DNA of 64,000 nt from an uncultured delta proteobacterium (GTDB taxonomy: Bacteria > Myxococcota_A > Polyangia > Polyangiales > Houyiibacteriaceae), in contig CAWBAV010000023.1 of NCBI GenBank assembly GCA_963786865.1, forward strand, positions 26,531 through 90,530, read 5' to 3'. The notes beneath the pieces are model-generated. The model did not search any database. It was not told where the DNA came from and was given only the letters and a program-made list of their open reading frames with translations. The position numbers were made by a program, and so were the translations under genes. This document shows, one piece after another, positions 28,474 through 39,861 of this stretch (position 1 is its first letter; each line of letters opens with the position of its first letter).

Positions 28474-29454
28474 ATGGGCGTTGACAGTTCGGAGGAGGCC
28501 GTGGGAAATAGTCGTCCCTTCATGCCGCCTTTGACCGCCCCAGTCTCGAATCGAAGCGAACTGCGTTCAGGTACCGCATTTCCGTCGGCGAGCTCCTTGC
28601 GTCCGCGGCCCGTTTCGGCGGCGGCAGACGAGATCGCAACCGACGGCTTGCTCGAAGTGACCTGGTCAGGAGGTCAGAGCGCGGTGACCCGGGCGCGCGC
28701 CGCCTCGCCTCTCAAGCTCCTCGTGCCGCGAACCAAGAGCGAGGTTGCTCGAGTTTCGGTGGCAACCTATGGGGGGGGCATGCTCGCCGGCGACGAAACC
28801 AGACTGCGGGTCCGTCTTCGACCCGACTCAAAAGCGATCATCTCGACCCAGTCGTCGACCAAGGTCTTCAAGAGCATCGACGGCCGAACCACTCGGCAAT
28901 CGCTCACGGCCAGCCTGGAGCCCGGAGCCGTTGGCGCCTTCGTTCCCGACCCCATCGCTTGCTTCGCCGATGCGCGATACGCGCAGCACCAGCGGTTCGA
29001 CGTCACCGGAGACGCCACCTTGCTCGTGCTGGACTGGTTCACCAGCGGTCGTCGTGCCCGCGGCGAGATCTGGGCGTTCGAGCACTACAGCTCGCGCCAG
29101 CAGGTGTTTCTCGACGGGCGCCGCATCATCGAAGACGCGATCCGGTTGGACCGCAGCGAGGGGGAAATCGGCGGCCGCTTTCGTGGCGGCCGATACCACT
29201 GCCACGCGCTTCTCATGCTCGTAGGCCTGAGGACGCAAGCTGCGGTCGAGCGCTTGCGTGATCTGGCCGGCCAACAGGTCGCCCATGGCCCGAGGGCCCG
29301 CGCCGGTCTGCTCGTCGTCGCGAACCCGGTCACGCACGGGGCGGTGCTCCGCGTAGCGGGCGAAGAGACGGAAGCCGTCGCCCAGTTCATCACTCGAGAA
29401 ATTGAACCGTGCCTCGACCTTTTCGACACGCGTATTTGGGGCCGGAAGTTCTAA
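28474..29454 (+). CDS. ureD: Urease accessory protein UreD
   Basis: SPLKLLVPR...[20 protein letters not shown]...[11 protein letters not shown]...[16 protein letters not shown]. The start could instead be MPPLTAP at 28522. Confidence 0.85.
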   Translation: MGVDSSEEAVGNSRPFMPPLTAPVSNRSELRSGTAFPSASSLRPRPVSAAADEIATDGLLEVTWSGGQSAVTRARAASPLKLLVPRTKSEVARVSVATYGGGMLAGDETRLRVRLRPDSKAIISTQSSTKVFKSIDGRTTRQSLTASLEPGAVGAFVPDPIACFADARYAQHQRFDVTGDATLLVLDWFTSGRRARGEIWAFEHYSSRQQVFLDGRRIIEDAIRLDRSEGEIGGRFRGGRYHCHALLMLVGLRTQAAVERLRDLAGQQVAHGPRARAGLLVVANPVTHGAVLRVAGEETEAVAQFITREIEPCLDLFDTRIWGRKF

Positions 29455-29515
29455 GTGCAGTAGCGATTTCAAGGGGAATGGCTTTCATCCACCCTTCCAG
29501 ACCAACGAGGGAACC

Positions 29516-30277
29516 ATGCATCTGACGCCACGAGAATTTGATAAGCTGCGCCTGCACAACGCGGGCTTTCTCGCCCAAAAGCGCCTCGCGCGGGGGCTGC
29601 GCCTGAATCATCCGGAAGCGGTGGCGCTCATCGCGACCGTGCTCTTCGAGCTGATTCGCGACGGCGAAAAGAGCGTCGCCGAGCTCATGGATCTCGGCAA
29701 GACCATCCTGGGGCGGCGTCAGGTGATGGCGGGTGTTCCATCCATGGTCTACTCGGTTCAGGTCGAAGGGACGTTTCCCGACGGCGCCAAGCTCGTGAGC
29801 GTGGGGGACCCCATCGCCAACGAGGACGGCGACCTGGCCCTGGCCCTGTATGGAAGCTTTCTCCCGGTGCCAGACCTCAAGGTATTCGGGAAGGACAAGG
29901 ACAAGCTGCCGAAACCCGGCGAGACCATCACCGCGAAGGGCAACATCGTCCTCAACGACGACCGAGAGACGGTGACGCTCGAGGTGAAGAACGTGGGCGA
30001 CCGTCCGATTCAGGTCGGAAGTCACTATCACTTCGTCGAGACCAATCGGCAGCTGGCCTTCGATCGGGCTGCGGCCTACGGCAAACGGCTCGATATTCCC
30101 TCCGGCACCGCCGTTCGCTTCGAGCCCGGCGAAAAGAAGACCGTTCAGCTCGTCGACATCGGCGGAAACCGCATCATCACGGGCGGCAACAACGCCGCCT
30201 CGGGTGAGGTCAACGACCACAACAAAGAAAAGGCCCTCGAGCGTCTGCGCGACATGGGCTTCAGGATGTCGCCATGA
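29516..30277 (+). CDS. ureAB: Urease gamma-beta fusion subunit (UreAB)
   Basis: Gamma part [39 protein letters not shown]. Beta part ...[21 protein letters not shown]...[20 protein letters not shown], in one frame. Confidence 0.9.
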   Translation: MHLTPREFDKLRLHNAGFLAQKRLARGLRLNHPEAVALIATVLFELIRDGEKSVAELMDLGKTILGRRQVMAGVPSMVYSVQVEGTFPDGAKLVSVGDPIANEDGDLALALYGSFLPVPDLKVFGKDKDKLPKPGETITAKGNIVLNDDRETVTLEVKNVGDRPIQVGSHYHFVETNRQLAFDRAAAYGKRLDIPSGTAVRFEPGEKKTVQLVDIGGNRIITGGNNAASGEVNDHNKEKALERLRDMGFRMSP

Positions 30278-30341
30278 CTCCGCAACGCGCCACGTCCAGC
30301 AGCGATCTACGACACAGCCAACACACGAGGAGCAGCTTGTC

Positions 30342-32060
30342 ATGAGTCATACGATTACACGCGAAAACTACGCCGCCCTTTACGGCCCGACCACCGGGGA
30401 CAAGGTGAGGCTCGGCGACTCCTCTCTCATCCTCGAAGTCGAGAGGGACTACGCCGTCTACGGTGACGAGTGCAAGTTCGGCGGCGGAAAGGTCATCCGC
30501 GAGGGCATGGGTCAGGCCACGGGCGTCTCCGAGGCTGCGGCTCTCGACCTGGTCATCATGAATGCGCTCATCGTCGACTACACCGGCATCTACAAAGCCG
30601 ACGTGGGCATCAAGAACGGGCGGATTTCCGCGATCGGCAAGGCTGGAAATCCCGACGTCATGAGCGGCGTGACGCCGAACATGATCGTCAGCGTGAGCAC
30701 CGAGGTCATCGCCGGCGAAGGCATGATTCTCACCGCCGGGTGCATCGACACTCACATCCATTTTCTGTGTCCACAGCAGTACGACGAAGCGATCGCGAGT
30801 GGCTCCACCACCATGGTCGGCGGAGGCACCGGTCCGGCTACCGGAACGACGGCGACGACCTGCACGCCCGGGAGCCACCACATCCGGCTGATGCTCCAGG
30901 CCCTGGACGACCTTCCGCTCAACTTCGGGTTGACCGGAAAGGGCAACACGGCTCGACCCGAGGGGCTGTACGAGATGCTCTATGCCGGCGCATGCGGCTT
31001 CAAGCTCCACGAGGATTGGGGCACGACGCCAGCGGCGATCGACAACTGTCTAACGGTCGCGGACGCGTACGACCTCGCCGTGACGCTTCACACGGACACG
31101 CTCAACGAGTCGGGCTACTACGCCGACTCCATGGCGGCCATGAAGGGCCGGACGATTCACTCCTATCACTCCGAAGGCGCGGGGGGAGGGCATGCACCCG
31201 ACATCCTCCAGATCTGCGGAGAGCCGAACGTCCTTCCGAGCTCGACGAACCCCACGCGTCCGTACACGAAGAACACGATCGACGAGCACCTCGACATGTT
31301 GATGGTCTGTCACCATCTGGACCCAGACCTACCCGAGGACGTCGCGTTCGCAGAAAGCCGCATCCGCGGAGAGACCATTGCGGCGGAGGACCTCCTCCAC
31401 GACATGGGGGCGATCAGCGCGTTCAGCTCCGATTCGCAAGCCATGGGCCGCATCGGCGAGGTCATCACGCGAACCTGGCAGACCGCCGACAAGATGAAAC
31501 AGCAGTTCGGAGCGCTCCCGGAGGATTCGGGATCGGGCAACGACAATTTCCGGATCCGGCGATACGTCGCGAAATACACGATCAACCCCGCCATCATGCA
31601 CGGCATGTCGCACGAGATCGGGTCCATCGAAGTGGGCAAGCTCGCGGACTTGGTCTTGTGGAGCCCCAAGCTGTTCGGGACGAAGCCGCAAATGGTCATC
31701 AAGGGCGGCATGATCGCCTGGTCCCAGATGGGCGATCCGAACGCCTCCATCACGACGCCCCAACCGAGCTTCATGCGTCCGATGTTCGGAGGCCGAGGCA
31801 AGACGGCAAGCAGTCTCTCGGTGGCTTTCGTGAGCCAGGCGTCGCTCGACAACCACGTCGTCGATGGTTTCGGGCTCAACAAGCGGCTCGTCGCCGTCAA
31901 GAACTGCCGAAACATCGGCAAGGCGGACATGAAGCTCAACGACAAGACTCCAAACATCAAGGTCGACGCCGAAACCTACCAGGTCACCGCAGACGGCAAG
32001 CCGCTCGTCTGCGACCCGATCGACGTCGTGCCGCTAGCTCGACGGTACTTCCTGTTTTGA
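30342..32060 (+). CDS. ureC: Urease alpha subunit
   Basis: [27 protein letters not shown]..., the IDTHIHF and GFKLHEDWG (carbamylated Lys) motifs, and MVCHHLD. Confidence 0.95.
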   Translation: MSHTITRENYAALYGPTTGDKVRLGDSSLILEVERDYAVYGDECKFGGGKVIREGMGQATGVSEAAALDLVIMNALIVDYTGIYKADVGIKNGRISAIGKAGNPDVMSGVTPNMIVSVSTEVIAGEGMILTAGCIDTHIHFLCPQQYDEAIASGSTTMVGGGTGPATGTTATTCTPGSHHIRLMLQALDDLPLNFGLTGKGNTARPEGLYEMLYAGACGFKLHEDWGTTPAAIDNCLTVADAYDLAVTLHTDTLNESGYYADSMAAMKGRTIHSYHSEGAGGGHAPDILQICGEPNVLPSSTNPTRPYTKNTIDEHLDMLMVCHHLDPDLPEDVAFAESRIRGETIAAEDLLHDMGAISAFSSDSQAMGRIGEVITRTWQTADKMKQQFGALPEDSGSGNDNFRIRRYVAKYTINPAIMHGMSHEIGSIEVGKLADLVLWSPKLFGTKPQMVIKGGMIAWSQMGDPNASITTPQPSFMRPMFGGRGKTASSLSVAFVSQASLDNHVVDGFGLNKRLVAVKNCRNIGKADMKLNDKTPNIKVDAETYQVTADGKPLVCDPIDVVPLARRYFLF

Positions 32061-32071
32061 GCGCGCTCTCG

Positions 32072-32737
32072 ATGTCCAACGAGCTGATGATCTGGCAGAT
32101 GGCCGACACGGCATTCCCGGTCGGAGGGTTCGCGCATTCGGGCGGTCTCGAGTCTGCCTGCCACGCCGGCGAGGTGAAGGGCTCGGGTCCTTTGCGCGAA
32201 TTCATCGAGGCAGCCATCGTGCAAGCGAGGTTTGGAACACTGCCATTCGTCAAGGGCGCACACGAATCAGACGAGCCCGTCGCCGACCTGGACGCTCTCT
32301 GCGACGCGTTCTTGGTCAACCATGTGGCCAACCGGGCAAGTCGGTCGCTCGGCCGCGGGATGCTCTATGTGGCCGGCGCGTCGTTTGGGCATGCCGCCCT
32401 CGAAGCGCTCGCGCAGGAGTGGCAGGACAGCGGCGCGCCGCAACACTACGGCGTCGTGTTCGGGGCCGTCGGCCGGCTTCTCGAGCTGCCTCTTTCGAGT
32501 ACCTTGAGGTTGGCGCTCTTCATCGCCGTTCGCGACCTGATGTCGAGCGCGGTCAGGCTCAACGTGCTCGGTCCGCTTCGGGCGCAGGGGCTCCTGTTCG
32601 AGCTCCAGCCCTCGATCGCGAAGGCGTCAGACCCAGACGGCGTGCCGTCGCCGCACGAGGCCGTGCAGACGGCGCCCGTGATGGACGTCCTTCAGAACGC
32701 CCACGACGGCCTATACTCCCGGCTCTTTCAGAGCTGA
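32072..32737 (+). CDS. ureF: Urease accessory protein UreF
   Basis: [25 protein letters not shown] is typical of UreF. It reads in the tail of the long 30470..32737 ORF. Confidence 0.85.
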   Translation: MSNELMIWQMADTAFPVGGFAHSGGLESACHAGEVKGSGPLREFIEAAIVQARFGTLPFVKGAHESDEPVADLDALCDAFLVNHVANRASRSLGRGMLYVAGASFGHAALEALAQEWQDSGAPQHYGVVFGAVGRLLELPLSSTLRLALFIAVRDLMSSAVRLNVLGPLRAQGLLFELQPSIAKASDPDGVPSPHEAVQTAPVMDVLQNAHDGLYSRLFQS

Positions 32738-32765
32738 CGATCGACACGCAACGAGGAGATCTCTC

Positions 32766-33536
32766 ATGCACGACCACGACCATCCTCACGGCCACGATCA
32801 CCTCCACGACGATCATGGCCATTCGCACGAGCACCTGGCGCACCCTGGGCTATTTCACGAGCGTGCTCAGCGGCTCGGCGAAAGAAACTACGCACGCCGG
32901 GCCTTCACCGTTGGCATCGGTGGACCGGTCGGCAGCGGAAAGACGGCCCTATGTCTCGAGCTGTGCCGCGCGCTGAGGACCCAGCGCTCCTTGGCGGCCG
33001 TGACGAACGACATCTTCACCCGGGAAGATGCCGAGTTCCTCCAACGGAACGAGGCGCTCGAATCGGGAAGGATTCGAGCCGTCGAAACCGGCGGCTGCCC
33101 GCATGCGGCGATCCGCGAGGACATCACGAACAACCTGCTCGCGCTGGAGGGACTCACCCGTGAGTTCCAGCCGGAAATCCTGTTCATCGAGTCCGGTGGG
33201 GACAACCTCGCTGCGGACTTCAGCCGCGAGCTCGCGGACTACACGATCTATGTCATCGACGTTGCGGGGGGCGACAAAGTCCCACGCAAGGGCGGCCCGG
33301 GCATCACGCAATCGGATCTACTCGTGATCAACAAAGTCGACCTCGCCGATGCGGTGGGCGCGGACCTCGGTGTCATGGAACGCGACGCGAAAAAGATGCG
33401 GGGAACCGGGCCCACCGTGTTCGCGGCGGTCAAGCATGGAAAGGGAGTCGATCTCGTCATCGACGGCATCTTGTCGGCCTGGCGCGACGCCACCGAGTCA
33501 GAACCCGAGGCAGCCGGGCGAAGGGTATCGCGATGA
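32766..33536 (+). CDS. ureG: Urease accessory GTPase UreG with His-rich N-terminus
   Basis: [23 protein letters not shown], then P-loop [18 protein letters not shown] and NKVDL. Confidence 0.95.
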   Translation: MHDHDHPHGHDHLHDDHGHSHEHLAHPGLFHERAQRLGERNYARRAFTVGIGGPVGSGKTALCLELCRALRTQRSLAAVTNDIFTREDAEFLQRNEALESGRIRAVETGGCPHAAIREDITNNLLALEGLTREFQPEILFIESGGDNLAADFSRELADYTIYVIDVAGGDKVPRKGGPGITQSDLLVINKVDLADAVGADLGVMERDAKKMRGTGPTVFAAVKHGKGVDLVIDGILSAWRDATESEPEAAGRRVSR

Positions 33537-34564
33537 CCAACGCCTCATCGGCCGCACCGGAGCGCTCGGCGTTCGTCGAAGTCGCCGACTCGACGCTTCG
33601 CGGAATCGGACAGGTGGTCTTGCAAAACAATCCCTGGACCGGCCTGGTGATCTTGCTGGGGATCTACATCAACTCGTGGATCTACGGCACACTCTGCCTG
33701 CTCGGCGCTCTGCTCGCGACGCTGACGGCACTCGTCGTCGGTGCGGATCGAGGCGCGATCCGTGCGGGCCTGCACGGATTCAACGGGGCGCTCGTCGCCA
33801 TCGCATTGGACGCGTACACGAGCAGCAACTACACCGAGGGCACGATTCCCGGGTGGCAGCTGGTGTCGCTCATGGTCTTGGCCGTCATTCTCTCGGTGTT
33901 CGTCGCCATGGCGATCGGCAAGTTCACCAGTCTCGTCGGATTACCGGCTCTCACAGCATCGTTCATCGTCGTGAGTCTGGTCTTCGTCTCGGGCGCGCTC
34001 GCTGTTCCGATGATCGAAAGCACGCCCATCGAGGCGCCTGCCTTCGCGAATCCGGCCGAACCGATCGCCCCGTATACGCTGGCGACCCTCCTCGAGGGCT
34101 CGGGCAAGGGGGTGGGCCAAATCTTCCTCCAGGACAACTACATCACCGGAGCGCTGATCCTCGTGGGTATCGCGATCAATACGCGCATCGGCGCGCTGAT
34201 GGCCCTCATCGCCTGCGTCTTGTCGACCGCGGTCGCCATGGGCTTCGGGTATCCGGAGGAAAATATTCATGCCGGCCTCTACACCTACAACGGCGTGCTC
34301 ACTGCCATCGCTCTCGGAGGTCTGTTCTTCGTGCTGAGCTGGAGGTCATTCCTGTTCACTCTGCTGGCCGTGCTCTTGACGTTCGAGGTGACCGCCGGTC
34401 TGGCAGCGATCCTCACGCGGGTCGGGCTGCCGGTGTACACGCTCTCGTTCGTCCTGGTCTGCTGGGTCTTGATGGCCGCCGGTCAATCGCTCCGCACCCT
34501 TCGGTACGTGATGCCGGCCGACGCGACGACCCCCGAGGACGTGCTGAGCAAGTTTCGAGACTAG
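33533..34564 (+). CDS. Urea transporter (UT family)
   Basis: [23 protein letters not shown] near the N-terminus and a second-half [21 protein letters not shown], which is the UT internal duplication. The start overlaps the ureG stop (ATGA). Confidence 0.8.
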   Translation: MTNASSAAPERSAFVEVADSTLRGIGQVVLQNNPWTGLVILLGIYINSWIYGTLCLLGALLATLTALVVGADRGAIRAGLHGFNGALVAIALDAYTSSNYTEGTIPGWQLVSLMVLAVILSVFVAMAIGKFTSLVGLPALTASFIVVSLVFVSGALAVPMIESTPIEAPAFANPAEPIAPYTLATLLEGSGKGVGQIFLQDNYITGALILVGIAINTRIGALMALIACVLSTAVAMGFGYPEENIHAGLYTYNGVLTAIALGGLFFVLSWRSFLFTLLAVLLTFEVTAGLAAILTRVGLPVYTLSFVLVCWVLMAAGQSLRTLRYVMPADATTPEDVLSKFRD

Positions 34565-34570
34565 CGACGC

Positions 34571-35095
34571 TCAAGGCCGCGAGGCCGGCGATCCGGACGC
34601 TGCTTTGCCGGCGGACTCCGCTTTGCCGTCCTGACTCATGAACAACGCGAGCGACGCCACGACGAGGGCGATCCCTCCTCCATAGTGCAGTAGCTCCGCT
34701 CCCCCGGCCGCGCCGTCCGCCGCTTCACCGAGAAAAACCACCGCGAGTGCGGCAACGATCAAGCCGATGATCTTGTCTTTGAGGTCCTTTAGATTGCGGA
34801 TCTTCAGGCGAAAGGGCAGCTCGACTTTTCCGTCGTCGAGGAAGAGCTTGTAGATCCCCACGGCCGCGATGTACGCCACCGTTCCGACCAGGAACAGCTC
34901 GATGATCTCGATGCTTGCGAGAGCCACGGACTTTGCGGCTTTCGCAGAGAAATCGCCCGTACGAAACGCTTGCGAACCCTCGGTGACGATTCGGCCCACG
35001 CCCATGGTGACGACGCCTGCGGTCAGGACGACGCACCCGATGACTGGGAGGACGAGAAGGAAACGACAAGCGACGAGAAAACGCATCATGCTCAA
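34571..35095 (-). CDS. YqhA/UPF0114-like membrane protein
   Basis: 174 aa and multi-TM, with IEIIELFLVGTVAYIAAVGIYKLFLD...NLKDLKDKIIGLIV resembling UPF0114. Confidence 0.55.
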   Translation of the reverse strand: MSMMRFLVACRFLLVLPVIGCVVLTAGVVTMGVGRIVTEGSQAFRTGDFSAKAAKSVALASIEIIELFLVGTVAYIAAVGIYKLFLDDGKVELPFRLKIRNLKDLKDKIIGLIVAALAVVFLGEAADGAAGGAELLHYGGGIALVVASLALFMSQDGKAESAGKAASGSPASRP

Positions 35096-35208
35096 CTCCT
35101 ATTTGCCGCGAGGGTTGCATGGGTTTGACCCAAAACCAACCGTCCCGTCGACTTGCCAGAGAGAACCCGACTTGGGGGCCCATCGTGGTATCCACCGACT
35201 TCTTTGTG

Positions 35209-35913
35209 ATGCCCACGGCCATGTTTCGCTCTACTCTCCCGTCGATGACCAGATCGCCCCTCCTCATTGGCTGCATCGTCCTTCTGACCGCGGCTGCATG
35301 CAAAACGCCGACCGCCACCCACATCTCGCAGAGCTTTCGAAACCCGGGCTTCGAAGAGACCGTTTTTAAGAAGCTGTTCGTGATCGGGGTTGCGGAGGAT
35401 CAAGAGGGGCGGAAGGCGTTCGAGGACGCGTTCGCGGCAGCGATCGTGAAAAAAGGAGGTGGAGCCGAAGCGAGTTGGAACATTCTGCCCGAGAGCACGC
35501 TCTTATCTGAAGAACAGATCCAGGGCGCAATCGAGGCGAGTGGCTGCGACGGCGTTCTGATCACGCGGTTGCTGAGCATCGAGCAGAAGAACACGAGCTA
35601 TACGCCTCCTAGGAAGTACAACCGACCGAGGACGCACCTGGGCTTCGTCCACGGTGGGCCCGCATGGGGAGCGGGCATGGGCGGATTCTATGGCCTCTAC
35701 GTCACCTCGTTCACCGAGGTGCACCGGCCGGGGTACTTCGACACCAGCAAGACCTTCCGACTGGAGACCAACCTATATGCGGTGGCCGCGAGCAAAGAGC
35801 TCGTCTGGACGGCCCAATCCGAAACGCTCGACCCGAAATCCGTTCCGGACCTCCTCGCCTCGATGACCAAGGCGGTCGCGAAGAGGCTGAAGAAAGAGGG
35901 ACTCATCCCTTAG
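35209..35913 (+). CDS. Hypothetical lipoprotein
   Basis: Signal ...MTRSPLLIGCIVLLTAAAC. The start is ambiguous (35209, 35221 or 35245). Confidence 0.55.
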   Translation: MPTAMFRSTLPSMTRSPLLIGCIVLLTAAACKTPTATHISQSFRNPGFEETVFKKLFVIGVAEDQEGRKAFEDAFAAAIVKKGGGAEASWNILPESTLLSEEQIQGAIEASGCDGVLITRLLSIEQKNTSYTPPRKYNRPRTHLGFVHGGPAWGAGMGGFYGLYVTSFTEVHRPGYFDTSKTFRLETNLYAVAASKELVWTAQSETLDPKSVPDLLASMTKAVAKRLKKEGLIP

Positions 35914-35955
35914 GTCGCGTCGGTGCCGGCGCGATTCTGTCCCAGCCTTAACGGC

Positions 35956-35981
35956 AAAAGGCCAGCTCGAGTGAGCCGGCC
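35956..35981 (-). terminator. Candidate rho-independent terminator between convergent genes
   Basis: Stem GGCCAGCTC / GAGCCGGCC (one mismatch) with a 4-nt loop. It is followed on the minus strand by TTTT, 27 nt downstream of the porin stop. Confidence 0.4.
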
Positions 35982-36007
35982 TCTTACACGTGATGATCGC
36001 GTTCGCG

Positions 36008-37360
36008 TCAGTTTCCGATGTGCGCCGAGACGCCGAGAATCACGGCGTAGTTCTGTCCCTTGTTGGGGATGAGCGCGCCGGTCGCTGTGTCGGTCAGAGC
36101 GCTTCGCGAGAAGTAGATGTCTCGGGTCGACCACTCGCCGCGCCCCTCGAGGCTCAACACGAGGTACTCGACCGGCGTGTAGCGCAGTGTAAGCGTCGCG
36201 GTGGCAAGACCGCCAAAGGCTGGGCCGAGCTCCCGGTAAAGCGAGTTTCCGCTCAGGTGCTCACCTCGGGCGCCGATCGACCAATGATCCGCTACGTCGA
36301 AAATCAGGGCGAGGCTATGACCGTACTGGAAGTCCAATGCATTCTCCCCGGCCCCGTTGGTTTCATTCGAGTTGAGATAGTAGTCGCCGTTCAGGAGCAA
36401 GTGAAACCAGTCAAAGCCCATGCTCAGCACGAAATCGTAGAAGCTGACCCAGTCCTTGTTGCCATCGTTCCCGCTCGGGGCATAGCTGCCGCCGACGAAG
36501 AGGCCTACCTCACGATATTCCTCTCTGAGCCCACGACGCCGGGCGCTGTTGTGACCGTCCGGGGTCAAGCCAATCTGCCAGGACATCGACGGAACTTCGT
36601 TCGCGGCGATTGGCGTTCCCCCGTAGACCCCGCCGTTGGTCACCATCACCGTCAGACCGACGATTTCAGTGAGCTCGGCACCCATGCGGAGGCCCATGTG
36701 GTTGAATGGTTGGCGGAGGAAGTAGAGCGCGCCGCGCGTGTAGTTGGCGTTGTTCCACTCGTCCACGACCTCGGCACCGAAGATCGTGTCGAAGAAGCCA
36801 AAGTCGAAATGGAGCTTCTCACGTCGGCAACCAAGATGCGTACGCTTGTTTGATCGGCGCGATCGGCGACAGCAAAGGGGCTCCCGGACCGAAACGAAGG
36901 TCCACCCGGAGGGCGAATTTCTCGCCCGTGAACATCACGTCGCCGCCCGCGAAGTTCAGACCGAAGCCGTTGTAGTTCGTGTACGGATAACCGAGGGGGG
37001 CGTCTCGGCATCCCCGGAACCGAGAATATTGTTGTAGCTACCGGCCCGGACACCCTCGCCGGCGTAGCCGCCGATCCGATAGAACCCGCTGGCCATGAGC
37101 TGCCAGGACAGACCGTCGAGGAACGGACGCGCGCCCTCGCTGGGCTCCTCACCGGCGTACTCCTTGGATACGTCGTCGGCTTCCATCTTTGGCGGCTCCG
37201 GCATCGCCTCCACTGCAGGTACCGTCGGCTCAGGCGGCGTTGCCTCTTCGTACTCCGCCTCAATGTCGTCGGCGGCCTCCTTGGGGGGCTCCGGCTGCGC
37301 AAGCGCAATCGCGGGAAATGCCAAACTGCACATCACCGCCAGGGAAAGAATCCTTCTCAT
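36008..37360 (-). pseudogene. Outer-membrane porin downstream of amt, two frame breaks
   Basis: GGAGG ribosome-binding site and signal MRRILSLAVMCSLAFPAIALAQ. The frame is lost at a run of six C (minus strand) near 36990 and continues as PLGYPYTNYNGFGLNFAGGDVMFTGEKFALRVDLRFGPG...KQAYASWLPT. It is lost again near 36817 and continues as EKLHFDFGFFDTIFGAEVVDEWNNANYTRG... to 36008. Confidence 0.6.
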
Positions 37361-37483
37361 CACTACCTCCACTCCCAGCGTGTCTCCACGCTCAAATTCG
37401 TTATCCAAATCCGACATTGAAAAAGGGTAGAGAAGAGGGGCGAAACAGACCGGGGAGCCGTCCCACCCCTCCTCTCGAAGCAC

Positions 37484-38782
37484 TTACTCAGCAGGGGCTC
37501 CCGACATCGCGGTGGCGCCAGAATGGAAGCCCTGGAGCTCCTCGTTGTAGGCTTCGACGCCGCACTCGGCGATGTCGAGACCCTCGAGCTCGTGCGCTTC
37601 GGAGACACGAATGCCTCCAGGCACGAGGTACTTCATCGCCAACCAAATGATGGACGCGACGATGAATGCGAACGCGACGCCCGAGAAGGTGCCCAGCGCT
37701 TGTGTGCCGAGCTGTGATGCCCCGCCACCCACCAGAAGCCCGATCGGCTCCTCGCCAGTCGCTGCATCTCGGTATCCGACCAGGCCCACGGCGAGCGTGC
37801 CGAAGATGCCGCAAATGCCGTGGACTGTGATCGCGCCGACCGGATCGTCGATTTTGATCTTGTCGATGAACAGAACGCCTTCGACACAAAGGATGCCGGC
37901 TGCGAGACCGACGATGATCGACCAGCCGCCCGTGATGTTGTAGCAACCGGCGGTGATGCCGACGAGGCCCGCGAGCGCACCGTTCAGGGCCATCGAGAGA
38001 TCGAGCAAGCCGCTGCGCATGCGGATCCATGCCAGCGCGGCGACGAAGCCAGCCGACGCAGCCAGGTTGGTCACCAGCACGATCCGGCCGACGTTGGCAT
38101 CCATGGCCAACTCGGAGCCGCCGTTGAAGCCAAACCAGCCGAGCCAGAGAATCAGCACGCCGAGCGCGGCCAGCGGAAAGTTGTGAGCCGGCATGGGCTT
38201 GACCGAGCCGTCGGGCTGGAACTTACCCAGGCGGGGTCCGATGATCAGCGCACCTGCGAGGGCCATGCCACCACCGACGCCGTGAACCACCGTGCTACCC
38301 GCGAAGTCGATGAAGCCTTTTTCGGAGAGCCAGCCGCCGCCCCAGACCCAATGCCCGACGACCGGATAGATGACCGCCGTGACGATCGCGTTGAAGAGGA
38401 AGAAGGTCAGGAGCCGGCCGCGCTCGGCGATTGCGCCGGAGACGATCGTGCAGGCGGTCGCAGCGAAGACCAGCTGGAAGAAGAGGAATATGTACGGCGG
38501 TAGGTTCGCTTCCGCGCCTCCATTGTTCGGGAAGAAGCTCGCGAGCCCCATGAAGGAGTTGCCTTCCCCAAACATCACGCCGTAGCCCACCAAGTAGAAG
38601 ACGAGCGACGAAATCGCGACCACACCGAAGTTCTTCATCAGCACCATCACCGCGTTTTTCCTGCGGCAGAACCCACTCTCAACCAGAGCAAAGCCCGCGT
38701 GCATGAAGAAAACGAGTGCGGCGCTAACGAGAACCCACAATGCGTTTGCATACGTTGTCAGTTCCGAAAGTTGTTCTTCCAT
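37484..38782 (-). CDS. amt: Ammonium transporter
   Basis: ALWVLVSAALVFFMHAGFALVESG, VHGVGG and ITVHGICGIFGTLAVG motifs. Start MEEQLSEL is preceded by AAGAGG. Confidence 0.9.
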   Translation of the reverse strand: MEEQLSELTTYANALWVLVSAALVFFMHAGFALVESGFCRRKNAVMVLMKNFGVVAISSLVFYLVGYGVMFGEGNSFMGLASFFPNNGGAEANLPPYIFLFFQLVFAATACTIVSGAIAERGRLLTFFLFNAIVTAVIYPVVGHWVWGGGWLSEKGFIDFAGSTVVHGVGGGMALAGALIIGPRLGKFQPDGSVKPMPAHNFPLAALGVLILWLGWFGFNGGSELAMDANVGRIVLVTNLAASAGFVAALAWIRMRSGLLDLSMALNGALAGLVGITAGCYNITGGWSIIVGLAAGILCVEGVLFIDKIKIDDPVGAITVHGICGIFGTLAVGLVGYRDAATGEEPIGLLVGGGASQLGTQALGTFSGVAFAFIVASIIWLAMKYLVPGGIRVSEAHELEGLDIAECGVEAYNEELQGFHSGATAMSGAPAE

Positions 38783-38948
38783 GATCTTGCACCTCTTAGT
38801 CATGGCCGCAGCGCACCCTCGGCAGCGGCACGGGAGGATCTATGGCTGCCTTGCATTTCCGGTTTGTTTCCCCGAGGCATCGGTTTGGGAAAAACCGATC
38901 AGGGTATCCGCGAGTTGCGCCCAGCCCAGGGGGGCCACATGCTCGGAT

Positions 38949-39843
38949 CGTGGGTAGTTTCCCGCATTTGGCGTATGGAACGCCTCGCAAGCTGCCCAAG
39001 CCAGACAGCCTTCCCGGCCGTGTCGTGGTCCTCGACGTTGCGTTTGCGGCCAATGCCGGGGGAGCCAGCTACAAGGGGACCACGCTCCCCTTCATCAAGG
39101 GCCTCGGCTCCCGTCTAGCCATGTGGATCGACCACCACGATCACGAGCGGCATCCCGATTACGCGGCTGATCCACGTTTCGTATTGCGAACCAAGGCCCA
39201 GCACGGCGCGTGTCCGGAGCTCGTCACGCCGGAGAGAGTTGCCGCCGCGGGCCCGATCGACACGATCTGTTGTCACTTGGACTTCGACGGGCTCTGCTCG
39301 GCGGCCAAATGGATCCGTGCGGGCGTCGAACCCTATGCAGGCGCGGACGCTGATGCGCGGGCCATCGATACCCGCTTGGGCGAGCCGAGCGAACGCGCGC
39401 GCGTTCTCGATCGGGCCCTTCGTGCGCGGCCGCGGGACGAGGCCCTTCGCGGTTTGATGGTCCGATACCTCGCGGACGGAGCCAATGACGCGGCGCTCTA
39501 CCGAGAATTCCAAAGCGCGGCCGAAGCGCTCCAGGCGATGGAACGGGAGGCCAAGCGGCTGTCGGCTCGATACGAAGTTCACGGCAAGCTGGCGATTTGC
39601 GATGCGACGCGACGGGACGGGCCATACGACAAGACAGAGCTGCTTCTCATAGGTCAGCGTCTTGCGCCGATTTCGCTGGTCCACGATGAAACGACCGTCA
39701 CCGTGGCCGCCGGCTTCGATAGCGGGATCGACCTCGTGAGCGCTCTGGGTCTCAATGGCGGGATGCCCACGCGGGTGAGCGTCGCCGCCAAACGACTCGA
39801 CGAAGTCATTGAAATCTTGGGGCGTTTCGAAGTAGCCGAATAA
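38949..39843 (+). CDS. Hypothetical protein with DHH-like metal-site motifs
   Basis: VVVLDVAF...AMWIDHHDHERHPDY...CHLDFDGLCSAAKW. The start is uncertain: GTG 38949 was chosen, and the ORF is open from 38842 across the amt promoter region. Confidence 0.45.
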
Positions 39844-39861
39844 CGAGGTACACTGGAAAGG

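Noticed and set aside
30470-32071. The first about 530 codons of the 755-aa ORF overlapping ureC in another frame.
   Set aside because: This part is an Arg/His-rich nonsense translation. Only the last 221 codons (from 32072) encode UreF. The ORF is long only because the alternate frame of ureC lacks stops.
38848-38866. Possible sigma-54 promoter TGGCTGCCTTGCA near the amt upstream region.
   Set aside because: The GG-to-GC spacing is 3 nt too short for a -24/-12 element, and it points away from amt.
38879-38899. 8-bp stem-loop ATCGGTTT-GGGAA-AAACCGAT about 100 nt upstream of amt.
   Set aside because: It is seen directly, but it has no T tract and matches no known NtrC or GlnR-type site. That is too little to call it a regulatory feature.
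38842-38948. N-terminal 36 codons of the 333-aa ORF (MAALHFRFVSPRHRFGKNRSGYP...).
   Set aside because: It overlaps the amt promoter/leader region and has a basic, low-complexity composition. A downstream GTG or TTG start is more plausible.
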